From contig MU054212.1 of NCBI GenBank assembly GCA_013239625.1, positions 7,538,270-7,602,269 of the forward strand: a stretch of 64,000 nt of DNA. Direction: 5' to 3'. Below the pieces are notes generated by a model, which was not told where the DNA came from, searched no databases, and worked only from the letters and a program-made list of their open reading frames with translations. Of the stretch, positions 14,291-27,957 are shown one piece after another. Every line of letters starts with the position of its first letter. Positions within the stretch are counted from its first letter, which is position 1. Made by a program: the position numbers and the translations under genes. Origin of the DNA: Lama guanicoe (taxonomy: Eukaryota).

Positions 14291-14590
14291 GTCTGTGCTG
14301 TCTGCTCAGCGTATAATCTATTCAAGGACAGAAGAAAAAGTGAAACTGCTATGAGATGATCACTTTACCCACTTGTTTATGTCACAATGAAATCACTAAT
14401 TTAAAGTTTACTCCCTTCTGTGCTTCCTTTCAAAACAAGACTATGGTCATTGTACAAGTGTACTAGTCAAGATACACAGGATGTACGAGTGTATGCATCA
14501 CTGTTCTAAAACAGAGATACATCCCAATTTCAAAACTATTTTGCTTTCATATTTTTCACATTCTATTTTAAGTTATTCTAGAACTTGAGC

Positions 14591-14635
14591 TATTAGGTTG
14601 GATCAGTATGGCAATTTCATATGGTTCAACCTAAT
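14591..14635. mobile_element. MADE2-like mariner MITE remnant
   Basis: TA-TTAGGTTG...GGCAATTTCATATGGTTCAACCTAA inverted termini. Confidence 0.65.
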
Positions 14636-14683
14636 GTCATGTTCTTGACTGGACATTAGAATGGTACTGTAATATATCTGTTA

Positions 14684-15191
14684 CTGGTATACCTCAGAGA
14701 GCACGCAGGTTAGGTTTCAGACTACTCCAATAAGACGGGTATAGCAATAAAGCCAGTGACATGAATTTTTTGGCTTCCCAGTGCATATAGAAGTTATGTT
14801 TAAATTATACTGCAGTCAATTAAATGTGCAACAGAATTATGTCTAAAATGTACACACCTTAATTAAAAAATACTTCATTGCTAAAAAATGCTATCATCTG
14901 AGCCTTCAGTGAGTCAATCATTTTGCAATAGTAAGATCACTGATCTTTTGCATCAAAGATCACTGATTGCAGATCACCATAACACATATAATAATAATGA
15001 AAAGGTTTAAAATATTGCAAGAATTACTGAATTGTGGCATGGAGACACAAAGTGAGCAAATGCTGCTGGAAAATTGGCGCTAGTAGGCTTGCTCAACACA
15101 CGGTTGCTAAGAACCTTCCATTTGCAAAAAAAAAAAATGCAGTATCTGCAAGGCATAATAAAGTGAACAGCAATAAAATGATGTATGCCTG
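14684..15191 (-). mobile_element. Internally deleted Tigger1 (Tigger1a-type, TcMar) DNA transposon, 508 bp
   Basis: Both CAGGCATACCTC-like TIRs present (CTGGTATACCTC... and ...GATGTATGCCTG); TA on the left; Tigger1 subterminal sequence at both ends. Confidence 0.85.
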
Positions 15192-16792
15192 TGTTTAATT
15201 CATTTATAATACATTTACAGCTTATAATATATTTATAGCTTATATAAATTATTAATTTTCTCTACAGTTATTTATATACAAAAATTTACCTGTTCTTAGC
15301 AGTAAAGACCTAAAGTTCTGCAAAGTTTATTATAATTATTACTGTAAGATTATATATATGTGATATATGAGATATATATACACTGTAATCTATTATTTGT
15401 ATGCGAAATTAGCCACTAAATTCCAATTCATTTTTCTCCTGTTTATCAAAAATGGCCTGACCAATTGAAGCATAGCAAAACATTTCTAGAATACAAATAT
15501 TATGTGGAAGAAGGGAGATTTTCAAATTCTGGCAAATGAACTATACATTCCTAAATGCCCTTGGAATTATCAAATACATCTTTGAATGAAAAAGTTGCCA
15601 TGAATATATTTAGAAGCCCATCCTGGGTAGAAGTTGAAGTAAATGTTGATGAATTCTTTGAGAGAACTCCTAACTCACAGGTCCTTCTCCCTCTCTGGTT
15701 GTGTCTAGACATTACCATCACACTGTGCTTGGCACATGGGACACCGTTAATGTTTCAACGTATAAACAAGTCGTTGTTCAATACATTAATGAAGTACTAA
15801 ATACTGCAAAAAGAAAAGCTACATTTAAAAAAATCTGCATTATTCCAATGAGTCAGGAAACAATAAGGGATATTTAACACACTCTCCGAAGGGCAATATA
15901 TTCTGTGATGTCAAAACCAAAATTATACAAAATGAGGGCCAAAGGGAAATGTATACGTGTCTTTTTCTATTATGGTTCCTTACTTTTAAGGCTGATTAAG
16001 CTGATGTGCAGAGTTGAAGAATGTGCCTCAACTTCACTTTATATTTCTATAATCTTACCAAAAAAAGCAGTAGGGAAAATACAATTTGTTGTGATTTTAA
16101 AATACATAAGTCCTTTCCTAATAATAATAATTGAATAATGTTTCTGAGCTTAATAAAATACAAATATTCCCTTACAAAAATATCACTAGTACATTATTCT
16201 GGTATTAACTCAGAAAAGCAATGAAAATGGCTCTTAGAAAAGTATTTCTCTATCAGATGAAACTGACTATTTATTTTGAACTGAATCTTTGACACTGTCT
16301 CTAAATCTGACACTTGCCAGACGTCCTGTAACAAGCAACCTAAGACAATAAAAACAAAACCAAAAGTCAGCTGTTTTTAGAATGTAAAAATTCAGAATAA
16401 ACAATTGATTAAAAAAAAAGAATACTGGTTTGTGCTAAGTCACGTTCCCACAGATTTCTAGGATCTGGGATTGGACAACAGAAGCCTTGAGTGGTAAGAT
16501 TTCTACTTATAATCCATTGAAATGGCTGGCAGAACAAGAACACTTACAAATTGATGAACATGCACACACAGAGCACCTTAAAGCTTTTTGACCATAAACG
16601 CTTTTGGAATTCAGCCGCTGCAAAGCCGAACCTCTTTCACAATTAGCCCCTATACTACACCACAGTTTTAAGGACCTCATGCCTTCATGAGTAACTCAAA
16701 TGATTATACAACCTGCAAATGATTTTAGCCTAAAGGCATTATTTTAAGATTGCAAAAAAAGTTTTAAAAAGCTTAATATATGTTACTCAAAA

Positions 16793-16990
16793 ACGGGTGA
16801 AGGTAGTCAAAAGCTACAAAATTCCAGTTATAAAATAAGAAAGTCCCAGGGATGTAATAATACAGCATGGTGACTATAGTTAATAATACTGTACTGTTTA
16901 TTTGAAAATTGCTCAGAGAGTAGATCTTAAAAGTTTTCATTATAAGAAAAAAAATTGTAACTATATGTGGTCATGGATGTTAACTAGATT
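16793..16990 (+). mobile_element. L1 3' UTR fragment (L1MA-like)
   Basis: TACAGCATGGTGACTATAGTTAATAATACTGTA...GAGAGTAGATCTTAAAAG. Confidence 0.8.
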
Positions 16991-17384
16991 TTTTAAAATG
17001 AGAGTAAATTACTTCCTATGGAAAGAGTTAAAGTTTCTGTGCATTTTTTAATCTTTATATTTTCATTGAGTTAGGGGAGCATTATAAACTTCAAATAAGC
17101 AAAAAAAAGCTGAATATTACACATCAATTTTGACACGTTCTTTTCTTTACCAAGTTCCTCATTCTGGCTTGTCTCTTCTTCACCTTTATCTAGTTATCTA
17201 GCCTGGTGGCAAGACATTTCCCTTCTTTTCCTCCTTTTCCCCAATATGTATGACATAGTCACATCTTCGAAATGATCTATATTTTATATTCTTTCTTTCC
17301 CTTGGTATTAAATAGTTTGCAAGTCTTTCATAACCATAGTGAAATGAAACCTGAAAACGTTTTTTTCTATTTTATATAAATTTA

Positions 17385-17590
17385 TGTCCAATAACACATT
17401 GTTATACTTACCTGTGTTATATTTCGACATCTGTACACACTAGAAAGTACTTAGGACCAAACGTTTAGTTTCCATCCGTCACCACACAGTTGACCCCCTT
17501 TACCCACTGAGCGCTCTCCCTAGCTCCATGTCCACTCTGATAACCCCTACTCTGTTCTCTGTAACTAGGGGTTTGTTTTTGTTTTCTTTA
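17385..17590 (-). mobile_element. L1 3' UTR fragment
   Basis: TTAGTTTCCATCCGTCACCACACAGTTGACCCCCTTTACCCA...TAACCCCTACTCTGTTCTCTG is the antisense of a laurasiatherian L1 3' UTR. Confidence 0.65.
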
Positions 17591-17807
17591 CAATAATATC
17601 TTAAAGTAATCACTTAGTGTTTAAGAAAATAGAACATTTTAATTTAACTTTAAAAAACTTGCATTGTTCCTATTTTATGAATATTAAACTGCAGCTATTA
17701 GGATATGAATTTCTCTGACAATTTCTCTGAAGATTTCTGACACATCTAATCCAAAGTTGCAGAGTAAGGAATTTAACTGCCAAGTCAAAATAAAATAATG
17801 CTCTAGA

Positions 17808-18022
17808 CCTATACTGTCCAAGGCAGTAGCTATCAGACACACGTGGCTATTTAAATATAAATTAACATTAATTAAAATTAAACGAAATAAAATTAAAATT
17901 TGTCCCTCCATTGCACTAGTCACATATCAAGTACTCAGTAGCTAGAATGGCTAGTGACTATCACATTGGACAGTGCAGATACAGAACATTGCCATAATCT
18001 CAGAAAGTCGACTGAGCTGTGT
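17808..18022 (-). mobile_element. MER3 (hAT-Charlie) MITE
   Basis: CTGTCCAA..GTAGC..CACGTGGCTATTTAAA, AT-rich core, TTGGACAGTGCAGATACAGAACATT. Confidence 0.8.
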
Positions 18023-18104
18023 TTCCTAGACTTTCCTCCAATTTCCACTTCTAAACTTCTCCACAATGGCCTCTTTATCTTCATCTCACTGGATTCTTAC
18101 CCAG

Positions 18105-18308
18105 ACGGTGGTCCTCTGCCTACACCAGGTCTTATTTTAACTTGGGGAGATTATGTCTCCCATGGGGCGTCTGCAATGTCTGAAGATACTTTTGATTGTC
18201 CTAGTTGGGGGGTAAGTAACACCTGCATGCTGAACATCCTCCCGGGCACAAGATTTCCCCCCACGGCAAAGAAAGATGTGTCCATTGGGCCCAGTTTGAG
18301 AAACCCTG
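18105..18308 (+). mobile_element. MER20 (hAT-Charlie), probably nested in an L2 fragment
   Basis: GCAATGTCTGAAGATACTTTTGATTGTC...TGCTGAACATCCT...TTGAGAAACCCTG. Confidence 0.75.
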
Positions 18309-19149
18309 GACCAGACTGCTCTACACTGAAGCTGCATTCAAGCTGCCTATCCACAAATGGACTTGTTACATCCTAAATCCTGACCTCCTGAGTTCTCCTA
18401 GAGATTAATGCACATCACCCACAAGAAAGCAATGCACTCCCAGACCCAGTGTAAGCCTAGGACTCAGAGTCCCCACTGATGAGAAAGACACAGACTGAAA
18501 GTTTCACTAGTATAAATTCTTATTTTTACAGAGGCAGGACTTACCCCTCATTGGTTAGATGAACTGTACCCAAAGTAAATGGTATCACATGTACTTTTAT
18601 TCCTTTGGATTGCGTGTTACTTGAAGGTATTGGGGCTGTGTCTTTTTTGCTGACTATTATATATGTGTATGTGTATATGTGTGTATACATATCTCAGTAT
18701 ACATGAAGTTCTAAAAGAAAGTTAATATTGGAGGAGAAAAGCAAGATACAGGCTAGTGTAAATGATATAAGCCTCTTTGTGTAAAACAATGATGACAAAA
18801 TCTCCTGAGTGTGTACATCTGTGTGTGAATGTGTGTGTATGCATGTGTGAATCCAGAAAAACATAAGGAATAGTAGTTTGTCAATGTGGGTTACCTATGA
18901 CAGTGCTATAGTCAGGGTAAAGGAGAAAAGAAAAGCACAAAAAGTATGTAAAACTGATGTGACACATCATGATTATGGTGAAAAGTTATTATATTTTAAT
19001 CATTTTAAAAATGGAGCATTTAAAACAATGTCAAATGGAGCAACTGAAAGGAAAATCGAAAGCACAAGAAGGTCCACTGAGTCGTACAGTTTGTATTATG
19101 GAAGAGAAACAGCTGATAAATAAAAATATCATCCCATACAGTGATAAGT

Positions 19150-19850
19150 TCACCAAAGAATATTAAAATTTAGGTAATAGAGAGGAGGAGAGAGTCCTGA
19201 GCTCAGGAAAGATGTCAGGGCTCAGAGAGGTAAATATGGTACAGATGGTATTGAAAGCCACGTGATTCGATGTGATCACACAGAGCAAGTACGGAGGAGG
19301 AGGGAGTGCAGGGCTGCACCCTAGCACACCCCACTATCTAGAGAACAGGATATGGAAAAGGAACCCACAGACAGGACTGAAGATAGATGCCCCCCAGGAA
19401 GCAAACGGTGTGCTGCCCTTTGATGTTCGTCTTGAGGTTGATGAGGACTATGGTTTCACCAACGAATCAGGCAACATGAAGACGGCTGGTGGTCTTCACA
19501 AGAGCAAGTGAAGTGGGAGTGGTGAGGATGAGAGCCTCGCTGAGATGAGCCAGAAAGAGCAGAGCTGAGGAAGCGGAGAGGATGAGACAAGCCAGTGAGT
19601 TTTGCTGTAAAGCGTGTTGCAGAGGTGGTGCAGAGAAATGGGCTAATGAACGCAGGAGTGCAATGGGATCAACAGAGGCTTTCCAAAGAGGCTATTTATT
19701 ATATCACGATTGTATGTTGATCCTGGGAGAACCTATGATGCAGGAGAAAGATGAGGTCATTGCAAGAGAAAACTCAAGGAGAAGTATGAGGGAAAGGCAT
19801 TTAACACGGAAGGGAAGGCTGAGTTAGGTTGGAGAAGGAACAACTAGATA
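19150..19850 (-). mobile_element. Degraded L2 fragment
   Basis: Purine-rich antisense L2 pattern, e.g. GGCAACATGAAGACGGCTGGTGGTCTTCACAAGAGCA. Confidence 0.5.
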
Positions 19851-21478
19851 TGTTCTTATCCTGGAGCATACACCAATGTATGATGAAAAAGTGCTTCTCC
19901 TAAGAGGAAGTAAGAGTTGAGCTTATTCTACTGCATTTTATTAAATCAACACAGATTTACAACACATCAGCTGTCCCCTAGCCAAAGATCCACAACAGAC
20001 AACTTCAATCGAGAAAATAAAGAATTTGCATCATGAGAAATATCCTCTTGTTATTTATAGTCCGCCCTATTTAAGGACTAAAAAAGATGATGGCATAAAC
20101 AAGCGAAATAAATGAACAAATATTAATAGAGTGATGTGTGTATGTGTATATATATAATTTTTTTAGCCCACGATTCTGGTAATCGTGGAAAACATTTTCC
20201 ATTAAAAAAATCAAAAGCTGAAGATCTACTATCTTAGTAGAAAAAACAGTAATTTATATCTACATCAGAAGAACTACATTCTTAGAAATTTCCCAAATAA
20301 AAGTGGAATTTTTACTGCAGTAGCTACTCTGCTACGTAGCAACTAAAATACGTAGAGAGTAAAATACATAAAAAGTAAAATTTTTAAATCACTGACGATC
20401 AGTGGTTCTCCTCCTTCCCCGTAATCATGCAAACTAGGTCACCAGCATCTTTTAGACTCACCTAAGTGGGAACAAAAGTCCCCTCACCTTTTAAGAGACG
20501 TTCTGTGTGTTTACAACTAGGGATTTCTCATTTGACCACAGAAGCAGAACACTAACGGCAGCTAGAAATGCACGATCTGTTGTAACCAGTTTTTACTAGC
20601 AAGTGTCAGAGAAAGCAAGGAAGGATGTTTTTTCATTATCAACAGATGCAGGCACAAAACCACAGAGTCAAAAAGTCTGTGTAAATTTGTTAATTACAAG
20701 AATAATAATCTGATTCTGAGTAAAACTGGCCAACATCCTTCTATTTATGACCCTGAATTTTCATCCACAACCACCCAGGTCAGGGTCCTTTACTTGTATA
20801 CATAATTTTATATTTACAAAGACAAAAATCTACGAAGATAGTTTGCAAAGAGCTCTGAATATATTAGACCTAAAGTGTTAACTACCAAGTCTACTTTCTC
20901 TTTGCATCCAGTTTTCTTGACCTTGACCATTCTATCAAGAACAATGGGGTGACTCAGGAATCTAATGGACCCAGGAATGAGAGACCCTGATCTTTTTTTC
21001 CTTTACAGCTTCAAAATCCCTGCAAAAATAGTCTTACCCAGCAAAATCACTCCAGTAAAACTGTCCTCTTATAGAAGTTGTTTTTTCAGTTACAACTTGG
21101 TCTTGAAGAAAATTAAAACATCCAAATTAATCTTTTGATCATTTTTTAAACTCTTAATGCAATCAGGAGAATAATAGCCCAAGAAACCAAAGCTAGAAAA
21201 CATCACAGGAACCCAAACTATATCGATACAACTCATTTTAAGTTCTGAGAGCAAACCATGGACAAGCTTGGATTTTACAACTAGTATTTGCAGTTTTAAG
21301 CAAATACAATAGTGAATCTAAAAATAGTCAAGTGGCTAATACCTGAGTCCACAGAAAAAAGTCCCCTTAGAAACAGATAAAAAATTAACAGAAGAATAAG
21401 AGATGGTTGTTGTTTTAATAAATTCTGACTCGGGTTTTTGCTGTTGTTTTATTTCTTTGTTCAATTGGAAAGGCTTAC

Positions 21479-21611
21479 CATCTTGCTGGCCGTGGAGAGC
21501 CTGTGGACTCTGCATCCTTTCCTCAAGGTTGGAGCTAAGATCAGAGTTCACAGCTGACATCCGTGTTGAGTCGCTCATGTCAAATTCATCACTTTCTATT
21601 GAACTTTCATC
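21479..21611 (-). CDS. NOL4: NOL4 coding exon 5 (133 nt, phase 0-1): DESSIESDEFDMSDSTRMSAVNSDLSSNLEERMQSPQALHGQQD
   Basis: Acceptor CATTTTCAG|GAT, donor ATG|GTAAGC. Overlaps ORF 21336..21578; acidic, Ser-rich NOL4 segment. Confidence 0.95.
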
Positions 21612-22232
21612 CTGAAAATGGTTTTAAAATATCATCAAGTATCATAAAATTGAATACATTCAGATAATGACCATTTTATCTCTAAGGTCAATTAGAGTTT
21701 AGCCAGTAAGTAAGCTCTTGCAGAACTCAGTAAAATATATTACACATTAATAGATTCTTGAAATAACAAATAAGGGTATAATTTCTCCCTTTAAGAGATT
21801 TCAAGACTTGGGAAGATTCAATGGATCTATGTACAGGCAGATGTCAAAGGTAAAATAGTGTATTTAGGAAGGATGTAGTTGGGGAATTATCTGAATGTGA
21901 AAGAGTGGATTCATTTTTTTTAATGAACAAAAAACTTCTTAAAAGAGTCAATCATAAAACACAACATAAAAAGACATACATGTTGTGGTTTTTTAAATAA
22001 ATGACTTAATACATCATTGTAAGCAAAAATCTTAGGCTGCAGTAAGAAAATCTGAACTCAAAATTTTTCACTGGTAAACAGGATGGACTCTAATAACAGA
22101 CAAACTTGCATGGCTATATTCAAAGTCCACATTTGTTGAGAAAAGGTAATCTTAGCACATCCTTTCTTTCCTTAAAAGGGAATATAAATTGCACTGCAAC
22201 CACAGAAAGTTCTAGGTAGAAGTGTGCAAGAT

Positions 22233-22406
22233 CCATTTACCAAAATCCAGTTCATCAAATGACTAAATTACCTAGAGGCAACTTTGCCGAATGGACAATC
22301 CATCAAAATCTGTCAAATACTAACTTTAACCAAATCTGTGATATGTGGCTGTTAGTCATTTCCCTGAAGCAAACTCCTTCTGGAGAACTGATTTTTGGAT
22401 AAATGG
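22233..22406. mobile_element. Ancient palindromic MITE-like element (family not identified)
   Basis: Imperfect ~21-bp terminal inverted repeats plus an inner 10-bp inverted pair. Confidence 0.45.
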
Positions 22407-22544
22407 CGTGCTTTTGTAGGCAGACAGGCCTGAGAAACCCGTGTAAAGTATCGCAAATGTTTGACTGAAATCGCCAGGTTTAACGCCACTCCGCACATGC
22501 TTGATCTGAAAGTTTAACATTCATGTCCTAGTTAGCGGCAGCAG

Positions 22545-22745
22545 TGCTGCTATGCGTGTTGTATGCTATTTATGTGGTAGGATTGGTGTTAATATTTGTT
22601 CACTCACTTCATCTTCATCACAACCTGTGCGTTAGGTACCAGGATTTACCCAATGATTACAGACTGAGAAACTGAGGCACAGGGCGGTTAAGGAATTTAT
22701 CATACCATATCCTATTACATCATAGTCCAGAACTGGGATTCATTA
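22545..22745 (-). mobile_element. MIR SINE
   Basis: TCACAACCTGTG..TAGGTAC...ACAGACTGAGAAACTGAGGCACAGGGCGGTTAAG. Confidence 0.75.
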
Positions 22746-23274
22746 GAATATCACTCAGGCTTGAAAAATAGCTTCTTTGACTAGAAGATCTGCCTTGGCT
22801 TCAAAAATGACATTTTGGTATCAGCAAAGAAGCTGCTACGGTTAGGGGATGGGAGCGTTCTAGCAGACTGGCAACTGGCACTCTCATCCCTGGGTCAGGC
22901 CCAGGTGGCTCTGATGTTCATCCTTTACCAATGGTCTGATCATGTCTGGTATACTGAGTGGCACCAGCTACTCATTAATTCAGCAAGGAAATGCCCCCTG
23001 TGAGGCCCCTGGGCAATCAGCCACGCAGCCTTCTCCCGGCAGCATAATCTCTCTCTTGGTACATTACGTTTTCTCCAAGTTTAAATTCTAAGAAAATCCT
23101 AAGCATCTGAAATAAATATATATATTCAAAATAGAAAAAAAATAACAGAATTCAGTGTGCACAGCACTGTTATCAGTGTGTACCACATACACATACACAC
23201 ATATGTATGCACACACAGCTAGATGACACAGATATCCATCGCATACACTACATATAGTGCCTGTAATATACCAC

Positions 23275-23515
23275 TTTAGGGCACATTCTCTGCAGCCAGA
23301 CTGCCTGGATTCAGATTTATGCTCTGTCATCTATCAGACGTGTTCCCTTAAGCAAGTTATCTGACATTTCTGTGCCTCAGTTTCCTCACCTATAACATGG
23401 GAATAATAATAATATCTGTCCCATTGGGCTGTATCATGCTTGAAAGGCTATAATACATTTAGAGCAGTTAATACAATGTCAGATACATAATAAGCATGAA
23501 ACTGTGTGATATTAC
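23275..23515 (+). mobile_element. Near full-length MIR SINE
   Basis: GCCAGACTGCCTGGATTCAG...CTGTGCCTCAGTTTCCTCACCTATAACATGGGAATAATAAT. Confidence 0.85.
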
Positions 23516-25399
23516 TATATACAACATATAACAAATTCTACAGTATATAAGATTCACATTTATTACATTGTATGAACACATACAAAAATCAGTTTAAATA
23601 TGATGGTAAAGATGATCAACATGTGTTTATAAATAGCTGTGAATACTACATATAGTCTTTATAAAAGCTTTTATTATATATACTACAAATAACTGAGAAG
23701 ATATAATCTAGCAAAATATTGTTTCCATGGTATATGTGTGTGTGTGTGTATATATATATACACAACTATCTGAGATATATGTGTATATATATGTGTGTCT
23801 ATATGTTTATGTGAAAAAGTATGTGTATGAGGATATGCTTGCGTATGTTTAAAGAAAAGCTAGACAAATCGTAAGGCAGCCGTCTCTGTCCTATAGAACA
23901 GTTATATAACCTGCGTTAGCACATTATAGCTAAACAATATGAATTTTTCCACCACTAAACGATGCTCTTGTTGGCATACTTTTTAAGACATGTGGACAAG
24001 AGATTAAAATGATGATGTAACCTAACATATCTGTTCCATATTTTTGTAATATTAAAAAAAGCACCATTTTAAAGAATTTATCATCATAAGTAAACTAAAG
24101 ATTATATTTGAAATATTTTCCTTCATTTTTTTATGAAATACAATTCACTTTTCACAATTCTGCTCCTTATCAGAATATCATTTATCCAATTGCTTACATT
24201 TATAAAGAACTTCAATGAAACTAAGTATATGCATTCATTCTGCAAGTTCTGATTATTGACTGATTAAATTATCTTTTAAGAAATGGTGGCAAAAGTATAT
24301 AAAATATAAAATTGTGTTTTTTAAAGGTATAAATGCAAAATAATGCTAATAACTCTAGGAAGAAATTAACTGAAGATTTCTAAAGGTGAAGAATCAGAAA
24401 ACTTGATTGATATATTAACTGATTTATTATATCCACGATCAGCTGTAGCACATTCATCTAAATCCTTCCCTCTGAATATTTTTATATGACAACCAAAAAA
24501 AGAAATCTTCACATCCGACAATGTGAGCTTATTCCTTGTGACTAAAATCTCATGATAATGAAAGCCATGGCCAACCACCACAGAACTCTGCTTCCCTTGA
24601 AAATTAATTTTAAAGAATTAGAACAAGTACTTTACTGCAACACATAATTTCCTTCCCAGTCTTTTTCTTTTTTAAAAATGACACTATTTATTTTTTTAAA
24701 TTTTAGTATGGAGCTTTATTTCTATTTTGAGAATTCCTTGAAATTCAGATTCCTGATCTGTTTCAGATTTCATTTTAGTTTTCAAGTTCTACATTTTATC
24801 TCTAGAAACTCTCTACCATATACCTCCTGATTCCCAACGCTATTGCCCAGATTGCTTAGAGACCCTATTCTTCCATTTCCCGAATGATGTAATAGTTTCC
24901 GAGTTTATCTCCCACCTCCAGTTTCTTCCCTAGCATTTCTGTTCATCAACTACTGCCAAGTTAACCTTCCCATTTCAGAACATGCCACTTGTCTGCTCAT
25001 AAATTTGCAGCCATATCCAATGCTTAAAAAGTAATGTGTAGGCTACTCAATCAAACATTCAGGGTTTTCCATAACACTGCTTGAAAACCACTCCCACCAA
25101 TCTCAGCTTCCATTATTTTTCACTCACCTTATGTTTAATCAAAGGTCTATATTGTAAGCCTTTCTATGAATAGCGTCACCTCAAATCTTAATAGCAATGC
25201 AATAAACATCCTGATACATACACTATTTCGTACACCCGCAGTGTAAATTTCTAGTCAAAGCACATAAATAACTTTTTAAAATAATTATTGCCAGACTCTC
25301 CCCCAGAAAGGTTGTTATGGTTTAAACTCTCATAACCATTTATAAGAGGGTCAATTGATCTTACATTGGATACAGAATTTTATAATTTCAAAGGGAACC

Positions 25400-25615
25400 C
25401 CATTCCTGGCCTTCTTTATTTCCCTTAATAGCATTTCCTATCATCTTATATACATATTTTCATTATTTACTTCCTTTATTGTCTGATCCCCCAACCCCAC
25501 TAGAAGCTTAATAAAGACAAGAATTTTGTGAATTCATTCACTGTTTATCTCCATTATCTACAAGAGTGACAGTTACAGAGAAGATAATAAATATGGGTTG
25601 AAGTAGTTGAATAAA
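25400..25615 (+). mobile_element. L2 3' fragment
   Basis: CCCACTAGAAGCT...TTCACTGTTTATCTCCA...AATAAATATGGGTTGAA. Confidence 0.55.
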
Positions 25616-27276
25616 CCCTCATTAAAATTTAAATATAACTTGTCACCAAGGAATATTCCATTTTAACATGACTTAACTACCTTACCTAGCCCACTTTCCT
25701 ACCTTTCAACAATCACAATTTCTAAAATTTTGTAAATAACCTAACATCATTTATCTGAACTTTTAAGACAATATATGCCCAATTTCGTGTTTTCAAAATA
25801 TAAGGATGAGTTATTTTCCTAATAGAGTTATAAATTTGAAACGATCTATTTCTCTTATGTGAAACATTTACGATTTCTTAGAAGACAGAAGAGCTTAGCA
25901 GATGTGGGCTCAATTGCTGGCACAAAGCTGATCTTACTTTTTGGCCTAGAAATAAACGTATCAGTATCTAAATGAGTTTCCTACAAATAATTTGACAGCT
26001 CTAACTAGTTTATGAGTTTGTTTTTTTTTTAATTTTCAATTATGTGATGAATCATGAAATAATATTTTCATTCTCAGGGATAGATAAACAGTAATATTTT
26101 CTTAATTGGCTTTCTTATCATTAAATGACTTTATTTCCAATTATTGAATCATTTAGATGTCGCTATCTGGTAACATGGAACCTGATTCTGCCACCGCACT
26201 CATACAGATATTCTTAGAGTGTACTCTTAATCAAGTCTTTTGAGATAAAACAATTTTATAAATATACTTCTGAAATTAAAGCCACTCAAATAAAGAAAAC
26301 AAAAAATCTAATTTGAGTTTAATGAATAAAACTAACACAATAATTTTAAAAGAATTTACGAATTCTTCACCAAATAATGCTATATTTAAAAATAAATGTT
26401 TAACCTCATTTCCTGTTGTAGAGAAATTTCAAAAAGGAGGGAATGTATTAGTCCAAGAAACTTCTCCCAATATAGACAGTACTGAATGTGTGTATCGACT
26501 AATGGCTACTTACTAGTTAATAAGGATTTACTAACCCCTATTGTTGTAAGTCTCTGGGGGAACACACATAGGGTACCTTCCTAACTTAGTCTCTGCCCTA
26601 GAGGCATTTCAACCGAACTGGTGAGTTAATTAGCATGCTAGAGAAGAATATTTAACAAATATGCATTTAGTGCTTAATATACGCCAACAAGCACATTGCT
26701 ACAATCTTATGTACAAATGAAATGGAATAATTTGGAAAATCAAAACACCTCTAATTAAGAAGAATCACCTTAAATTGTAGAAAATGCAGAGAAGTAGATA
26801 AACAAATACATAGGATAACGGCTAACTGAAAATCAACTTTAATATATACACAAGATTGGGATGGTGGGGAAATGGTTATACTTGAAATATCTATTACGTT
26901 CACCTTTCTGATTTCCAGATAAAACAGCCTCATTACTAAAATCTCCCTGGGTCCACACTCTTCTAATACTTTCCCTTGGACCTTCTAGCACTTAACCAAG
27001 GCCAGTTCGATGGTGGGCTATTAAGGAAAATAAATCTTTCTCGAGAATGAACAGATTCCCTCACAGCACTAAGGCTGACAGGGTGAGTCAGGGAATCTCT
27101 GTTGAAGACTAGAAGTCTCTGCCTGTTTCTCCATCTAGGCCATCCTAGTGACATTCCTGTCATTAAAAAAAATAAATTACTGTCTTTCAAGTGCCGTCAT
27201 GCTTAACACGATAGTCATGGCTATCAAACTGCATTCCGACGTGTAAGTGGTACAAACGTAGATACTTCCGTTTTAC

Positions 27277-27389
27277 CTCGTCCTGCTGGGAGTTTAGCAG
27301 CTGCAGTTTCATGTGCTTCATATAGGCCATGGTGATTGGCATGTTGTAGTCAATCATGCTGGTCACCAAAGTGGGAGGTTTTCCATTAT
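27277..27389 (-). CDS. NOL4: NOL4 coding exon 4 (113 nt, phase 1-0): (D)NGKPPTLVTSMIDYNMPITMAYMKHMKLQLLNSQQDE
   Basis: Acceptor TTTCCTTACAG|ATA, donor GAG|GTAAAA. Overlaps ORF 27187..27369; phase matches exon 3. Confidence 0.95.
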
Positions 27390-27957
27390 CTGTAAGGAAA
27401 CATTTTTAATGGGTAATGAAAGTGAGACTGCATTCTACCTGTAATTTCAGAATGATCCACTTTGCTCACATTGAAATAAGATTCTAGATACCAACTGTTT
27501 AGGAGATCGGTAGCATCAGAGATGGCGCGTAGGAAAAAGTAACTGGTAAGGTTCTACAAAGGTGTCTTGGGACGAATTAGCACTATGGATAAGTTAGTTA
27601 TTTCTAACTACAGGGGAGCTTTTTGATATCCTGGATAACAATGAGTGAAGCTAAGATAATGATTAAACAAAGTCACTGGTAGTTTTGTATTTTTCTCCCT
27701 TGCTGCACATGTACTTTCCACATGTACTAATTGTGTGCAAAAGGAAATTTCCTCTTTTTAAAAAATATTTTTGCTAGTCTATTCATCTTTCGATGTATGG
27801 AAATAGGCTGGCATACACGTATCTCTGAGATGAATTTAATCTCTGAGAAAAATTCATTGATTGGAAAAATAATCCAACTAATTTTTAATGAACACTGAAG
27901 CCAAAGTATAACTTTTATATACAATTTTTCAGTGAAGAACTCCATACTATTCGTTAC

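Noticed and set aside
21336..21478. Read-through extension of exon 5 as an alternative last exon
   Set aside because: Strong GTAAGC donor; the nearby AATAAA/ATTAAA signals lie before the stop codon; the peptide looks like translated intron.
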